Assembly: GCF_006345805.1 (NCBI RefSeq) | Contig: NC_043024.1 | Span: 11,842,001-11,906,000, forward strand | Length of the DNA: 64,000 nucleotides | Source: Octopus sinensis | Taxonomy: Eukaryota | Reading direction: 5' to 3' | Shown: positions 1 to 13,700 of the stretch, in pieces | Numbering within the stretch: the stretch's first letter is position 1 | How the letters are laid out: the number at the start of each line of letters is the position of its first letter | Translations under genes and position numbers: made by a program | The notes under the pieces: model-generated | Told to the model about the DNA's origin: nothing | The model's input: only the letters and a program-made list of their open reading frames with translations | Database searches by the model: none

Positions 1-186
1 TTTAACGCATACATATAATATTACAATAACTGATGATGTTGCATTTTCGACCCAAACTATACAAAATTCATATTTTCAATCAAATGTTCAAGTACAGTAA
101 CACCCGCGATAGGTGAAAATCCGCGAAGTAGAAACAGTACTGTACTGTATGTTTTTTAAAATTATTTTTATAATTTGTATATATAC

Positions 187-330
187 AGGTGCAGGAGTGG
201 CTGTGTGGTAAGTAGCTTGTTTACCAGCCACATGGTTCCGGGTTCAGTCCCACTGCGTTGCATCTTGGGACTGAACCCGGAACCATGTAGTGGGTAAACA
301 AGCTACTTACCACAGCCACTCCTGCGCCTA
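187..330. repeat. Fold-back of two inverted SINE-C tRNA heads
   Basis: 187-252 is the near-perfect reverse complement of 266-330; 13-nt loop. Confidence 0.85.
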
Positions 331-375
331 TAATAATAATTATTATTTCATTTCTGTTTGAAAATCCTACTTCAG

Positions 376-530
376 GTTACTTAAAGATAAAGAAATATTT
401 ACTATAAACTGCACCTCGTCAGAAAGCAATGTTAAAGATGTTTGGACGAAGATATGGAAAGCCTTTAATAATTCACAGGAATTTCAAGACAGAGGAATTC
501 CGAAAAATAGCATGATGTTACTTCGTGAAA
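376..530 (+). CDS. aGPCR extracellular exon ([51 protein letters not shown])
   Basis: ttcag acceptor and gtaagt donor; open frame; ends phase 1, matching the next exon. No domain motif recognised. Confidence 0.75.
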
Positions 531-3500
531 GTAAGTGGTGAAGTTCTTGTAATTTTTATCGCACTCAAAATCATCATTAACGCAGCGAGCTGGCAGAATC
601 GTTAGCACGCTGGATGAAATGCTTAGCAGTGTTTCGTCTGCCCTTACGTTCTGAGTTCAAATTCCGCCGAGGTCGACTCTGCCTTTCATCCTTTCGGGGT
701 CGATTAAATAAGTACCAGTTACGCACTGGGGTCGATGTAATCGACTTAATCCGTTTGTCTGTCCTTGTTTGTCCTCTCTGTGTGTAGTAAAGAAATAGGT
801 ATTTCGTCTGCTGCTACGTTCTGAGTTCAAATTCCGCCGAGGTCGACTCTGCCTTTCATCCTTTCGGGGTCGATTAAATAAGTACCAGTTACGCACTGGG
901 TTTGATGTAATCGACTTTATCCGTTTGTCTGTCCTTGTTTGTCCTCTCTGTGTTTAGCCCCTTGCGGGTATTAAAAGAAATAGGTATTTCGTCTGCCGTT
1001 ACGTTCTGAGTTCAAATTCCATCAAGGTCGACTCTGCCTTTTATCTTTTCGGGGTCAATTAAATAAGTACCAGTCACGCACTGGGGTAGATGTAATCGAC
1101 TTAATCCGTTTGTCTGTCCTTGTTTGTCCTCTGTGTTTAGCCCCTTGTGGGTAGTAAAGAAATAGGTATTTCGTCTGCCCTTATGTTCTGAGTTCAAATT
1201 CCATCAAGGTCGACTCTGCCTTTCATCTTTTCGGGGTCGATTAAATAAGTACCAGTTACGCACTGGGGTCGATATAATCGACTTAATCCGTTTGTCTGTC
1301 CTTGTTTGTTCTCTCTGTGTTTAGCCCCTTGTGGGTATTAAAAGAAATAGGTATTTCGTCTGCTGCTACGTTCTGAGTTCAAATTCCGCCGAGGTCGACT
1401 CTGCCTTTCATCATTTCGGGGTCGATTAAATAAGTACCAGTTACGCACTGGGGTCGATGTAATCGACTTTATCCGTTTGTCTGTCCTTGTTTGTCCTCTC
1501 TGTGTTTAGCCCCTTGTGGGTATTAAAAGAAATAGGTATTTCGTCTGCCGTTACGTTCTGAGTTCAAATTCCATCAAGGTCGACTTTGCCTTTCATCTTT
1601 TCGGGGTCGATTAAATAAGTACCAGTTACTCACTGGGGTCGATATAATCGACTTAATCCGTTTGTCTGTCCTTGTTTGTTCTCTCTGTGTTTAGCCCCTT
1701 GTGGGTATTAAAAGAAATAGGTATTTCGTCTGCTGCTACGTTCTGAGTTCAAATTCCGCCGAGGTCGACTCTGCCTTTCATCCTTTCGGGGTCGATTAAA
1801 TAAATACTGGATTCAAATTCCGCTGACTTGCATCCATTTGGAGTTGATGAAACAAGCACCTGTTACTTTTATTAACGTGTATTCTTGACTCCAGAAATTA
1901 AATAAGACCTTGTAGGAGATGCGTTGATTACGTCGACACCAGTACTTCACTCTTCCCCCCTTGTTCTTGTAAAGGTGCACGATGTTGGCATCCTTGAAGT
2001 CCTGCGGCACTGACCCTTCATCCCAGAACTGCTGTATCGGCTCAGTCGTCTTGATGGCAACAGCTTCACCTCCCTCTTTGAAGATCTCTGGGTGTATTCC
2101 GTCAGGACCAGGTGCTTTCCCCACATGTAGTTGCGTGATGGCCTTCTGGATTTCTGCTAGTTCTTGGGGTGTGGGTGTGGGGGTCATCAAGCGACCCCAG
2201 GACTGGGTACTGTGGCATGTCTTGGATGGCCTGCTGGTCGATCGGGGTAGGTCTGTTTAGCGGCTGACTGAGGCACTCCAACGCTGCATGATGCCGCTCT
2301 TCTCAGTAAGCAGCGTTCCATCGGCAGCGCACACAGGTGCCATTGCATTCATCCTGGGGCCATACATGTCCTTCAGGCCGGCAAAGAATTTCTTCGAGTT
2401 GTCCTCGTCTGCAAACTGCTGTAGTTCTGCAGCCTTGTTTCCCTACCATTTGTCTTTCATCTGTCGCAGCTCAGTCAGGCACCTTTCCTCTGCGCCCTTA
2501 CTACTACTAGTCTGATTGTGGAGGCGCAATGGCCCAGTGGTTAGGGCAGCGGACTTGCAGTCGTAGGATCGCGGTTTCGATTCCCAGACCGGGCGTTGTG
2601 AGTGTTTATTGAGCGAAAACACCTAAAGCTCCACGAGGCTCCGGCAGGGATGGTGGTGATCCCTGCTGTATCTTTCACCACAACTTTCTCTCACTCTTAC
2701 TTCCTGTTCTGTTGTACCTGTATTTCAAAGGGCCGGCCTTGTCACTCTCTTGTCACGCTGAATATCCCCGAGAACTACGTTAGGGGTACACGTGTCTGTG
2801 GAGTGCTCAGCCACTTACACGTTAATTTCACGAGCAGGCTGTTCCGTTGATCGGATCAACCGGAACCCTCGTCGTCGTAACCGATGGAGTGCTTCCCTTA
2901 ACTAGTCTGATTGAAACACACTTGCTCATTGTCGTTTGTAAACACATGCATTTTTAGTATATAAATCCATGCAAAAGAATTCGTTTTGCTTCTTTTTCAG
3001 CATTTTGCGATGAAGACACAACATCAAATAACGGTGAAACTTACAATTGGCCGATAACAGCAGTAGGAACTCCTGCAACGTTGCCATGTCGTGCGCATAT
3101 CGCCACAAGAATCTGGTTCGTTTGAATCGTATCACTTGTTTTCTCTCAAATTTTGAAGTTTTTAGTGTCGTCTTTTTGCGACAGTATGTCATATGTTATA
3201 TTTAACTAGCAGTATCCCCCGGCGTTGCTCGGGTTTGTAAGGGAAATAACTACATAAGCATTTTTAGAGAGTTACTTCCCTTATATAAACCGAGAAAAAA
3301 TGGATTAAAAATGCGGAAAAATGATGGTAATTTTTTTTAAAATCGTAGACTCATCGTAGACGCGCGCTGATACACAGAAGGGCTCGATATGAATCACGAC
3401 TATAAGATACCCGCTTTTGGTTAAACTGCACCGCAAAATGTGGGAGTAGTTAGGAATCTAAATCGGAGTAGACAGACACTCACACACACAACTTCAGTTT

Positions 3501-6500
3501 TATATATAAAGACTAGCGGTATCGCCCGGTGTTGCTTGGGTTTGTAAGGGAAATAACTATATATGCATTTTTAGAGATGTAAAGTATAATAGCCATCTCA
3601 ATATGGCTAACTACAAAGGGGGGGGGTTACTATAGCTTTTTACGTTCTGAGATTTAATAATAAATTTTTAGAGAGTTACTTCCCTTATATATGCCAAAAA
3701 TGCATTAAAAATGGGGAAAATTGATGGTAATTTTTTAAAAATCGTAGACTCATCGTAGACGCGCGCTAATACTCAGAAGGGCTCGATATGAATCACGACT
3801 ATAAGATACCCGCTTTTGGTTAAACTGCACCGCAAAATGTGGGAGTAGTTAGGAATCTAAATTGGAGTAGACAGACACTCACACACACAACTTCACTTTT
3901 ATAGATAAAGATTAGGCACCTTATCAGATTAAGCTGGTTGAATTAATGACCACCGCTTCAGATCACATCAAGTAGCTATTGGTTGGATTTTGGTTTAAGC
4001 TTCCCATATAATCCCTCGTAACTTTTTGTGTTTTTTGGAATTTTCAGAAAGCATTTGTGGATTTATGTTCTACACACAGGATTCTACCAGGTTGCTGACT
4101 GAATAATAATTAATAATGATTTCAAATTTTTGCCACAAGGACAGCTTGGGGCAGGGGATTAAGTCGATTACATCGACCCCAGTGTTTACACTGGTACTTA
4201 ATTTATCAACTCCGAATCTCCGAAAGGATGAAAGGCAAAGTCGACCTGAGCGGAATTTGAACTCAGAACGTAGCGGAAGACGAAATACCGCTAAGCATTT
4301 CGTCCAGCACGCTAACCACTCTGCCAGCACGCCGCCTTAAACTTATCTACCCTTATAAAAGAGGAAAAAAAACTTGCACACTTTGGCTTTGGTAAGGATT
4401 CAATGGCACTAGACGTGTTAGGATCGAGCTGAAAATTTACACACCTATAGAAGGCGTAGTATAGTTACGGCCAGAGTAGGTTTCAAGTCTCTATTTCGAT
4501 AACAAAGACCCGAAACAATGCATTTTCTGCGAGTGTCTGGGTGTCTGGGTTAGGGTTATCTATATATATAAAGCTGAAGTTGTCTGTGTGTAGCAGGTTT
4601 GGTAACCTTCAACTAATACTATCTCCTCCGAGACCCTGCGGCGCAAGTTGACTAAAATTGAGAGTATGGTAAAAGAAGGCTTGCTCTTCATTCCGTAGAA
4701 GAAAAAATTCAAATCGGACCATGTTAACACCAAAAATTATTTAACAAACAAATCAAAAAGGTGCTTTTTTTTTCTATGAAAATCCCTATTTTTTACGATT
4801 TTTTGACTGCTGTGTCGCCATTTTTCGGTGTATTTCAACCAGAAAAATGTTCACTTAAAGAGAATAACAAGCTACATAATGCAAAACTTTTTACTTTTCA
4901 AAAATTCCAAGTCTAAAGAGTGGAAACAAACCCGAGCAACAGTGGGTGATACTACTAGTTATAAATAAAGGCAATATATTTTTTTTAAAATCTGATCTGT
5001 TGTTAGAAAATATTTGATATCGTTTTTGAAAAGAGGGAGGTGGAGTAAGTAATAAATTTGTGACGAAATACATTACAGAATTTATCCTGTTTCGCAAGAT
5101 TGAGAGTTCAATTCTCGACCAAGTCTTTGTTTACTTGTATTTCTCTGAGATGGATAAATAAGCATGAATGATAATATTTTACATTTATTTTCAGTCCTGC
5201 CAGGACGACGCCACTCCTGCAAACCCCAACAAGTCAAGATATGCCATCGCCAAAGTGTTCACCATTTACAGGCGTCTGGCAAACACCAGACATGTCTCAA
5301 TGTAACAATACAAAGGAGATCACTCAAAAACTGGAACACCTGAACAATCAAGATATTAATAAACGTGAGTGAGCATTTGTAACAGCTGTAGTAGTAATAG
5401 TTGCAGGAGGAGGTCGAGGTGGGAGAGGATGAGTATAGAACTACAAGGAGACCCACCTGCAACTACAAGGGGGGCCCACCTGCAACTACAAGGGGGTCCA
5501 CCTGCAACTACGAGGGGGCCTACCTGCAACTACAAGGGGGATCACCTGCAACTACAAGGAGACCCACCTGCAAATACAAGGGGGCCCACCTGCAACTACA
5601 AGGGGGCCCAGCCGCAACTACAAGGGGGCCCACCTGCAACTACAAGGGGGCCCACCTGCATCTACAAGGAGACCCACCTGCACCTACAAGGGGGCTCACT
5701 TGCATCTACAAGGAGACCCACCTGCAACTACAAGGAGGCCCACCTGCATCTACAAGGAGACCCACCTGCAACTACAAGGAGACCCACCTGCAAATACAAG
5801 GGGGCCCACCTGCAACTACAAGGGGACCCACCTACAACTACAAGGGGACCCACCTGCAACTACAAGGGGGCCCACCTGCAACTACAAGCGGCCCCACCCG
5901 CATTTAATATGCTATCATTTAATTTTATTTTGTTAAAAGTATTCTTTTCAACTGTCTACAAACACAGCCAGGCTGAAATAATTAATGCATTCTTCCAGGA
6001 GTGAAGAAAAAAATTTCTCAAACTGGAGGGGATGTGCCCCTTAGATACTAACATGGGCCCCCCATATATAGATTCTAATGGTGCAGGGGCCATCGAGCAA
6101 GCTGGCAATCCAGATCGTAAGATTGTGGTTTCGATTCCTGGACCAGGCGACGTGTTGTGTTCTTGAGCAAAACACTTCATTTCACGTTGCTCCAGTCCAC
6201 TCAGCTGGCAAAAGTGAGTAACGCTGCGATGGACTGGCGTCCCGTCCAGGTGGGGAACACATACGCCATAGAAACCGGGAAACCGGGCCCATGAGCCTGG
6301 CTAGGCTTTAAAAGGGCGCATTTATTTGTGGAGGCACGTGGCTTAGTGGTTAGGGTGTCAGTACCATGATCGTAAGATTGGGGTTTCGATTCCTGGACCA
6401 GGCGACGTGTTGTGTTCTTGAGCAAAACACTTCATTTCACGTTGCTCCAGTCCACTCAGCTGGCAAAAGTGAGTAACGCTGTGATGGACTGGCGTCACGT

Positions 6501-7097
6501 CCAGCTGCGGAACCCATACGCCATTGAAACGGGGAAACCGGACCCATGAGCCTGGCTAGGCTTTAAAAGGGCGCATTTATTATTTCTTTTTTCAAAGTGA
6601 TTGTAAATTTCCTTAAATTTTATTTTAAAATTTTCCCGTTGCAGGAAATATTCCGAAAGTTGTGAAAAGATTTAGTAATGTTTTGCGGAAATCGGAGCAT
6701 TTCAAAAAAGAAGAGATAGGCTTGAGTATAAGCCTTCTAGAGAAACTGTTGCCATTGGTACCAAAAGTGCCCGCTGCTACAACACTGGACAATATTTCTT
6801 CGTGTGTCAACGATTTAATGAACGCAAAAGAAGACGTTTGGGCTGACGCAGAACAAGCGAATGGATCTACCAGCAGGTAAAAGTCAAACTAAGTTCGCTG
6901 CTAGTAGTAGTAGTAGTAGTAGTAGTAGTAATGTTTGTGGTGGTGGTGGTAATAGTATTAGTGGATGAAGGCGGCGAGCTGGCAGAAACGTTAGCACGCC
7001 GGACGAAATGCTTAGCGGTATTTTCGTCTGCCGCTACGTTCTGAGTTCAAATGCCGTCGAGGTCGACTTTGCCTTTCATCCTTTCGGTGTCGATTAA

Positions 7098-7135
<38 letters not shown>

Positions 7136-8040
7136 TTTAGAAGAAATAAGGTACTGAGAAATCTGGATGGTTTCATATTTACAGATTTTCATTAATATGT
7201 CACATGCCTTTTATAAATCATATATTAGCGCTTGCATCTACTCTAGTAGACTCTTCAGATTTGAATGTGTTTGAGATGATTCCTCTCTTTTTATAGTATT
7301 ATTGAGTGTGTAGGGGTGGGGAGAGATATAGGATAGTAAAAGAGGGTGAGGAAGGGGGAGAAAGTGAGAGATAGTGTGTGTGTGTGTATGTATTTGTGTG
7401 TGTGTCTGTGTATCTGAAAGGAGTGTCAATGGAAAAGAGAAGGAAAGAAAGAAGGAAGAAAGAAAAAAAAATTTGTTTACATCTTTACAGCTGGCCAGTT
7501 CTTTCAATAGAAGGTGATGAGTTGATTCTTGGCCTTTAAAAATGGTAAAACCATGTGGCTACTCTGAGTGGGTCTTGATAAAAGTTATTTTTCAAAAAAT
7601 TGTCTGGATTTATTATCATCGTCATCATCATTGTCTTTTACTATCCTATGGCAGCACTCCGTCGGTTACGACGACAAGGGTTCCGGTTGATCCGAATCAA
7701 CAACGGAACAGCCTGCTCGTGAAATTAACGTGTAAGTGGCTGAGCACTCCACAGACACGTGTACCCTTAACGTAGTTCTCGGGGATTCATGTGACACAGA
7801 GAGTGACAAGGCCGGCCCTTTGAAATACAGGTACAACAGAACAGGAAGTAAGAGTGAGAGAAAGTTGTGGTGAAAGAGAACTGCAGGGATCACCACCATC
7901 CCCTGCCGAGCCTCGTGGAGCTTAGGTGTTTTTTCGCTCATAAACACTCACAACGCCCGGTCTGGGAATTGAAACCGCGATCCTATGACCACGAGTCCGC
8001 TGCCCTAACCACTGGGCCATTGCGCCTCCACATACATGCA

Positions 8041-8086
<46 letters not shown>

Positions 8087-8112
8087 ATTATATATATATA
8101 TAATTATATATA

Positions 8113-8163
<51 letters not shown>

Positions 8164-10291
8164 TATATAGTATATATATATATATATAATCTATATATAT
8201 AATATATATAGTATATATATATATATATAATCACCGTGATCACCGTGATCACCGTGACCGACCAGCTATCAGATGTTGTTATACATCGCTGGTCACAATG
8301 CACTTTGCATTGTTTTAGCCTTCAAATGATGCCACCATGCTGGCTAAGCAAGCAGGCCAACAGAAGAAAGAGTGAGAGAAAGTTGTGGTGAAAGAGTACA
8401 GCAGGGATCACCACCATCCCCTGCAGGAGCCTCGTGGAGCTTTTTAGGTGTTTTCGCTCAATAAACACTCACAACGCCCGGTCTGGGAATCGAAACCGCG
8501 ATCCTACGACCGCGAGCCCGCTGCCGTAACCACTGGGCCATTGCGCCTCCACTACTATCCTATATCTCTCCCCACTCCTACTCACTCAATAATACTATAA
8601 AAAGAGAAGAATCATCTCAAACACATTTAAAAAGCAGTTGCATCAACCAAAGCAGTAACCGACCGCAGACGTGTCCGAGCAACATTAGCAATAGTAGCAT
8701 ACAAAGATTTGTTGATCAATATACTCTCTCTCTCTCTCTCTCTTTTTGCTCTCTTTTACTTGTTTCAGTCACTTGACTGCGGCCATGCTGGAGCACCGCC
8801 TTTAGTCGAGCAACTCGACCCCGGGACTTATTCTTTGTGAGCTTAGTACTTGTTCCATCGGTCCCTTTTGCCGAACCGCTAATTGACAGGGACATAAACA
8901 CACCAGCATCGGTTGTCAAGCAATGCTAGGGGGACTAACACAGACACACCAACATACACGGACAACAACACACACATCATATTATATTTATATATATATA
9001 CGACAGGCTTCTTTTCTTTCATTTTCCGTCTACCAAATCCACCCACAAGGCTTTGGTCGGCCCGAGGCTATAGTAGAAGGACACTTGCCCAAGATGCCAC
9101 GCAGTGGGACTGAACCCGGAACCATGTGGCTGGTAAACAAGCTACTTACCACACAGCCACTCCTGCGCCTATAGTTCACTTTTATATTAATAACTATGGA
9201 AAACTGGTGGGAATATGTGCGTAGACTTCAAAGGGCTAGGTTGCTATTTAGTTAATGTAGGAGTTAGTTATAGGTTTACCTGCTCAATTAGTTTACCGAT
9301 ACTGTTTTTGTACATAGGGTAAATGTGCTTCTTTGTCGCAGTTTAGTTAATAATATTAGCGTTTAATCCTCCCTAGAATTAAGATTGAATGAATGTGGTG
9401 ATATCTAAGGTATATTTGTTCCCAAACAACACTTATTTCAGTACTGTTGACACCGCCCGATTGAACGGTACTGTCCAGGTGTCGAAACCACAGTGATATC
9501 CGTGGGGCAGCTGATGATGGGGGTATGTCGGAGTGTTGGTACGGCTGTTATTGTATGTGCGGAATAGTTTTTTAAGACATCCATTTAGTATATAGTTAAT
9601 TACGTATTTGAAACCATCTCAATTACAAGTTAGTACGTTTAAATATTTGTTGTGCAAGATTTTTTATGTGAAGTCGTGTGTTGAAACAGATATTGTTATA
9701 TTTCGGAATGGTCATTTTGCCAGTTTAGCCAATAAAAACACACGCACTATATATTTGGTGTTACTTTGCTTCAGTGTTATTTATTTTTTACATTAATCTT
9801 AATCTTATTTCGGCTAGAGTTCTTTCGTCACACTACTGTGACCGCATCAGTGGTCCTTTGTTTTCTTCTTTCTTATTTGTGTCTCTCCTTACTAACCGTC
9901 AGCCATTTTGTATTTCTATTGTATCAATTACAAGTTGTTTTCTTGATTTTCTTACAGAATTTTGAAAGTTATTGAAGCAATCCCGGAATTGATTCCACTG
10001 AAAGAACAACATGTCACAGTTTCGTATCCCAATTTTGGTTTTGGTGTTATCAAAGTGGACAAGGACACTTTCAATGGTGTTACCTCTACAATTTTATATG
10101 GAAATCATGAAGCAAATACTACGGTAAAGTACTTTTTCAACATTACTCTCCTATTAAATGCATACATCTGTCGTTACCTTTCATAAAAATCCTTTTCTTT
10201 TTTTATTTACAATGTGCATTTTCGTTGATTTTTTTTATTTTCCCCTTACATTTCCACGTGTATTTTATATTTTCTTTTTGTAACATATTTC

Positions 10292-10351
<60 letters not shown>

Positions 10352-10712
10352 TATATATATACTATATATATATATAATATATATATATATATATACACAA
10401 TCAAGGAATGGCCATCAGGAGGCCATTCACCCACTAGAATAACAGCCAAAGCTTCAACCGCAAAATAACATTATTCCGCAAACCAGGAGAAAATTAAAAA
10501 AAACATTTACTAATTTGTCTCCTGGTTTTGCGGAATAATGTTATTTTGCGGTTGAAGCTTTGGCTGTTATTTCTAGTGGGTGAATGGCCTATTATGGCCA
10601 TTCCTTGATTGTGATGTTGAACTTATAAATGGTCTATGACTATTTATTTTTTCCCACTACTTCAGGCCGCTGGTGGCAAATAAATTTTACGAAATTTTTG
10701 CCACCCATATTG

Positions 10713-10759
<47 letters not shown>

Positions 10760-13700
10760 GTAGATATATATATATGTATATACATATATATATACATATA
10801 TATATATATATAACATACATATACATGTTATATATATAAATATATATATACATATTTATGAATATATGTATATGTATACATATATGTTTATGTATATATA
10901 TATATGCTTTGTGTATATATATGTATATGTATATGTATAAATATATATGTAATATATGTACATGATACATATATTATATATATATTAAATATATATATAT
11001 ATATAAATATATTATATATATATTATTTACATATCTATCTATCTATCTATATATATATAATAATATTATATACACATACATACATACAGACATACATCCA
11101 TACATACATAATAACATATATATATATATATATATTATATATTATATATATATATATACACGAGTGAGGGGACAACAAAGAAGGGCACTCAACCAATTTA
11201 TTGGGAGTTACATGTTTGGATCAAAACAGTTTGATTCAAATTCGTTGGTACTCAGAGTTTCAAGCGTGATGCTAGTCGTCAGTCATTTTGAATTTGGATG
11301 GCAGAAGTTGATTGTTATTACCGTAAGGTGGGCTGCCATTGGTCGAGGAAGGTCACGCGGTGTCATGGTTTGCTGTTGGTATAAGGGTAATAGTTAGTTA
11401 GAAAATACCGCGTGGCGAACAGGAAATTGACACGTGGATGACAGGAAATAGACCACGTGTCAACTAGAAATCGGTCAGGTCGTTGAGGTGGGGAACTGAA
11501 GAGGGTGGCATGTGCAAATATATAGTTCTATATGTGGGTGTGTAGACGCGCTCATATAGTTTTGCGTGCATGTGTATAGTGATGCGGGTGTGCGCATCAG
11601 TATCTGGATGCGCACGCGCACGTCTGCATACACACACACACACACAAACACACATACTCGTACACGCATACACACACATATACTCGAGAATAACAATGTT
11701 GAGTCAGGAAGCAGAAAAACTACAGAATCCATTAATTATTTCAAATTTTTGCCACAAGGGCAGCTTGGAGGAGGTAGAGATGAGACGATTACATCGACCC
11801 CAGTGCGTAACTGGTACTTATTTTATCGACCCCGAAAGGATGACAGGCATAGTCGACCTCGGCGGAACTTGAAGTCAGAACATAGCGATAGGCGAAATAC
11901 CTATTTCTTTACTACCCACAAGGGGCTAAACACCGAAGGGACAAACAAGGACAGACAAACGGATTAAGTCAATTATATCGACCCCAGTGCGTAACTGGTA
12001 CATTATTTAATCGACCCCGAAAGGATGACAGGCAAAGTTGACCCCGACGGAATTTGAACTCAGAACATAGCGATAGGCGAAATACCGCTAACCATTCTGC
12101 CAGTTCGCCGCCTTCTACCGAATTCATTAATAATTAGTTGCCCAACATAGAAATCCCTATTGGCTGTTTGCCTATGTGCTGGTGGGGTTGGGTTATGATT
12201 GTAGTAAAGTAGTAGTCGCAAGGACGTAGAATTTCCACAACAGTAGTAGTAGTAGTAGTAGTAGTAGTAGTTGTAGTTGTAGTAGTAGTAGTAGTAGTTG
12301 TAGTAGAAGTAGTAGTAGTTGTTGTAGTAGTAGTAGTAGTAGTTGTAGTAGAAGTAGTAGTAGTAGTTGCTGTACTAGTGGTAGTAGTTGTAGCTGTAGT
12401 ATTAGTATTAGTATTAGTAGTAGTAGTAGTAGTAGTATTTGTAGTAGTAGCAGCAGCAACAGTAGTTGTAGTAGTAGTAGTAGCAGTTGTAGTAGTAGTA
12501 ATAATAGTAGTAGTAGTTGTAGTAGTAGTAGTAGTTGTTGTTGTAGTAGTAGTAGTAGTAGCATTATTATTATTATTAGTAGTAGTAGTAGTAGTAGCAG
12601 TAGTAGTAGTAGTTGTTGTTTTGTTGCTGTTGTTGTAGTTGTGGTAATTGTAGTAGTCGTAGTAGTAGTAGTATTTTGTGTCTCTGAATTGCATTTTTTC
12701 CTTTCGCTTTCTTCCCCCAGGTACTCAACTCCTCACACCCGGGTCAACACGAACAAGACATCAAAAAGTTTAACTACATTTCGTTACCAAAGAGTATTTT
12801 AAAAAACCAACTGAGCACGAAAGAACGACTAAACGCTTCAAGGATTGTATTTTCTTCTATGCGAGATGATATGCTATACAGGCTACGGAACAAAAACGTA
12901 AATTTTCTTCTTCCACCTGACTAGAGAATACGTGAATTCATTGATACGGTATTTTAAAAAAGGCGGCGAGCTGGCAGAAACGTTAGCACACCGGGCGAAA
13001 TGCTTAGCGGTATTTCGTCTGCGTTACGTTGTGAGTTCAAATTCCGCCGAGGTCGACTTTGCCTTTCATCCTTTCGGGGTCGATAAATTAAGTACCAGTT
13101 ACGCACTGGGGTCGATGTAATCGACTTAATACCTATGTCTGTCCTTGTTTGTCCTCTCTGTGTTTAGCCCCTTGTTGGTAGTAAAGAAATAGGTATTTCG
13201 TCTGTCGCTACGTTCTGAGTTCAAATTCCGCCGAGGTCGACTTTGCCTTTCATCCTTTCGGGGTCGATAAATTAAATACCAGTTACGCACTGGGGTCGAT
13301 GTAATCGACTTAATACCTATGTCTGTCCTTGTTTGTCCGCTCTGTGTTTAGCCCCTTGTGGGTAATAAAGAAATAGGTATTTTAAAAATTCTGATCTGTG
13401 CTTATAAAATTTTGTCTTAGGAAAACATTTTTTAAAGAATTTGGCATGTTAAAAACATCTCATTCAGAAATAATTATAAATGAATCATCAGACACCGGCG
13501 TTTCGGCTTGATTTGACCCCTCAGATATGGAGACTCCTCATTCTGAGCTAATAATTTAGAATCTTCGTTCCAATATGTAACTAAACAAAGCGTTCACTGA
13601 TTTCTGGCCGTGTTTTAATTTAATTAATATATGCATTTGAAAAGCATTAGATTAATTCTATGCCATTCCAAAGAATTTCAATAGTTTGTCCTTGCTACTT

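Noticed and set aside
2518-2600. tRNA genes at SINE heads (A/B boxes; many copies)
   Set aside because: No complete cloverleaf or acceptor stem evident, and each continues into a SINE body with TSDs.
5195-5260. Apparent frameshift in the HRM exon
   Set aside because: Phase from the previous exon (TG|T) selects a fully open frame; no frameshift is needed.
9445-9620. Hammerhead-like fragments (ctgttgacacc...ggtgtcgaaac; ctgatgatg...)
   Set aside because: Core incomplete, no valid NUH site or stem I; at best a decayed relic.
11170-11466. Possible solo LTR with an 11-bp inverted repeat containing two CACGTG boxes
   Set aside because: No TG..CA boundaries with TSD or second copy identified.
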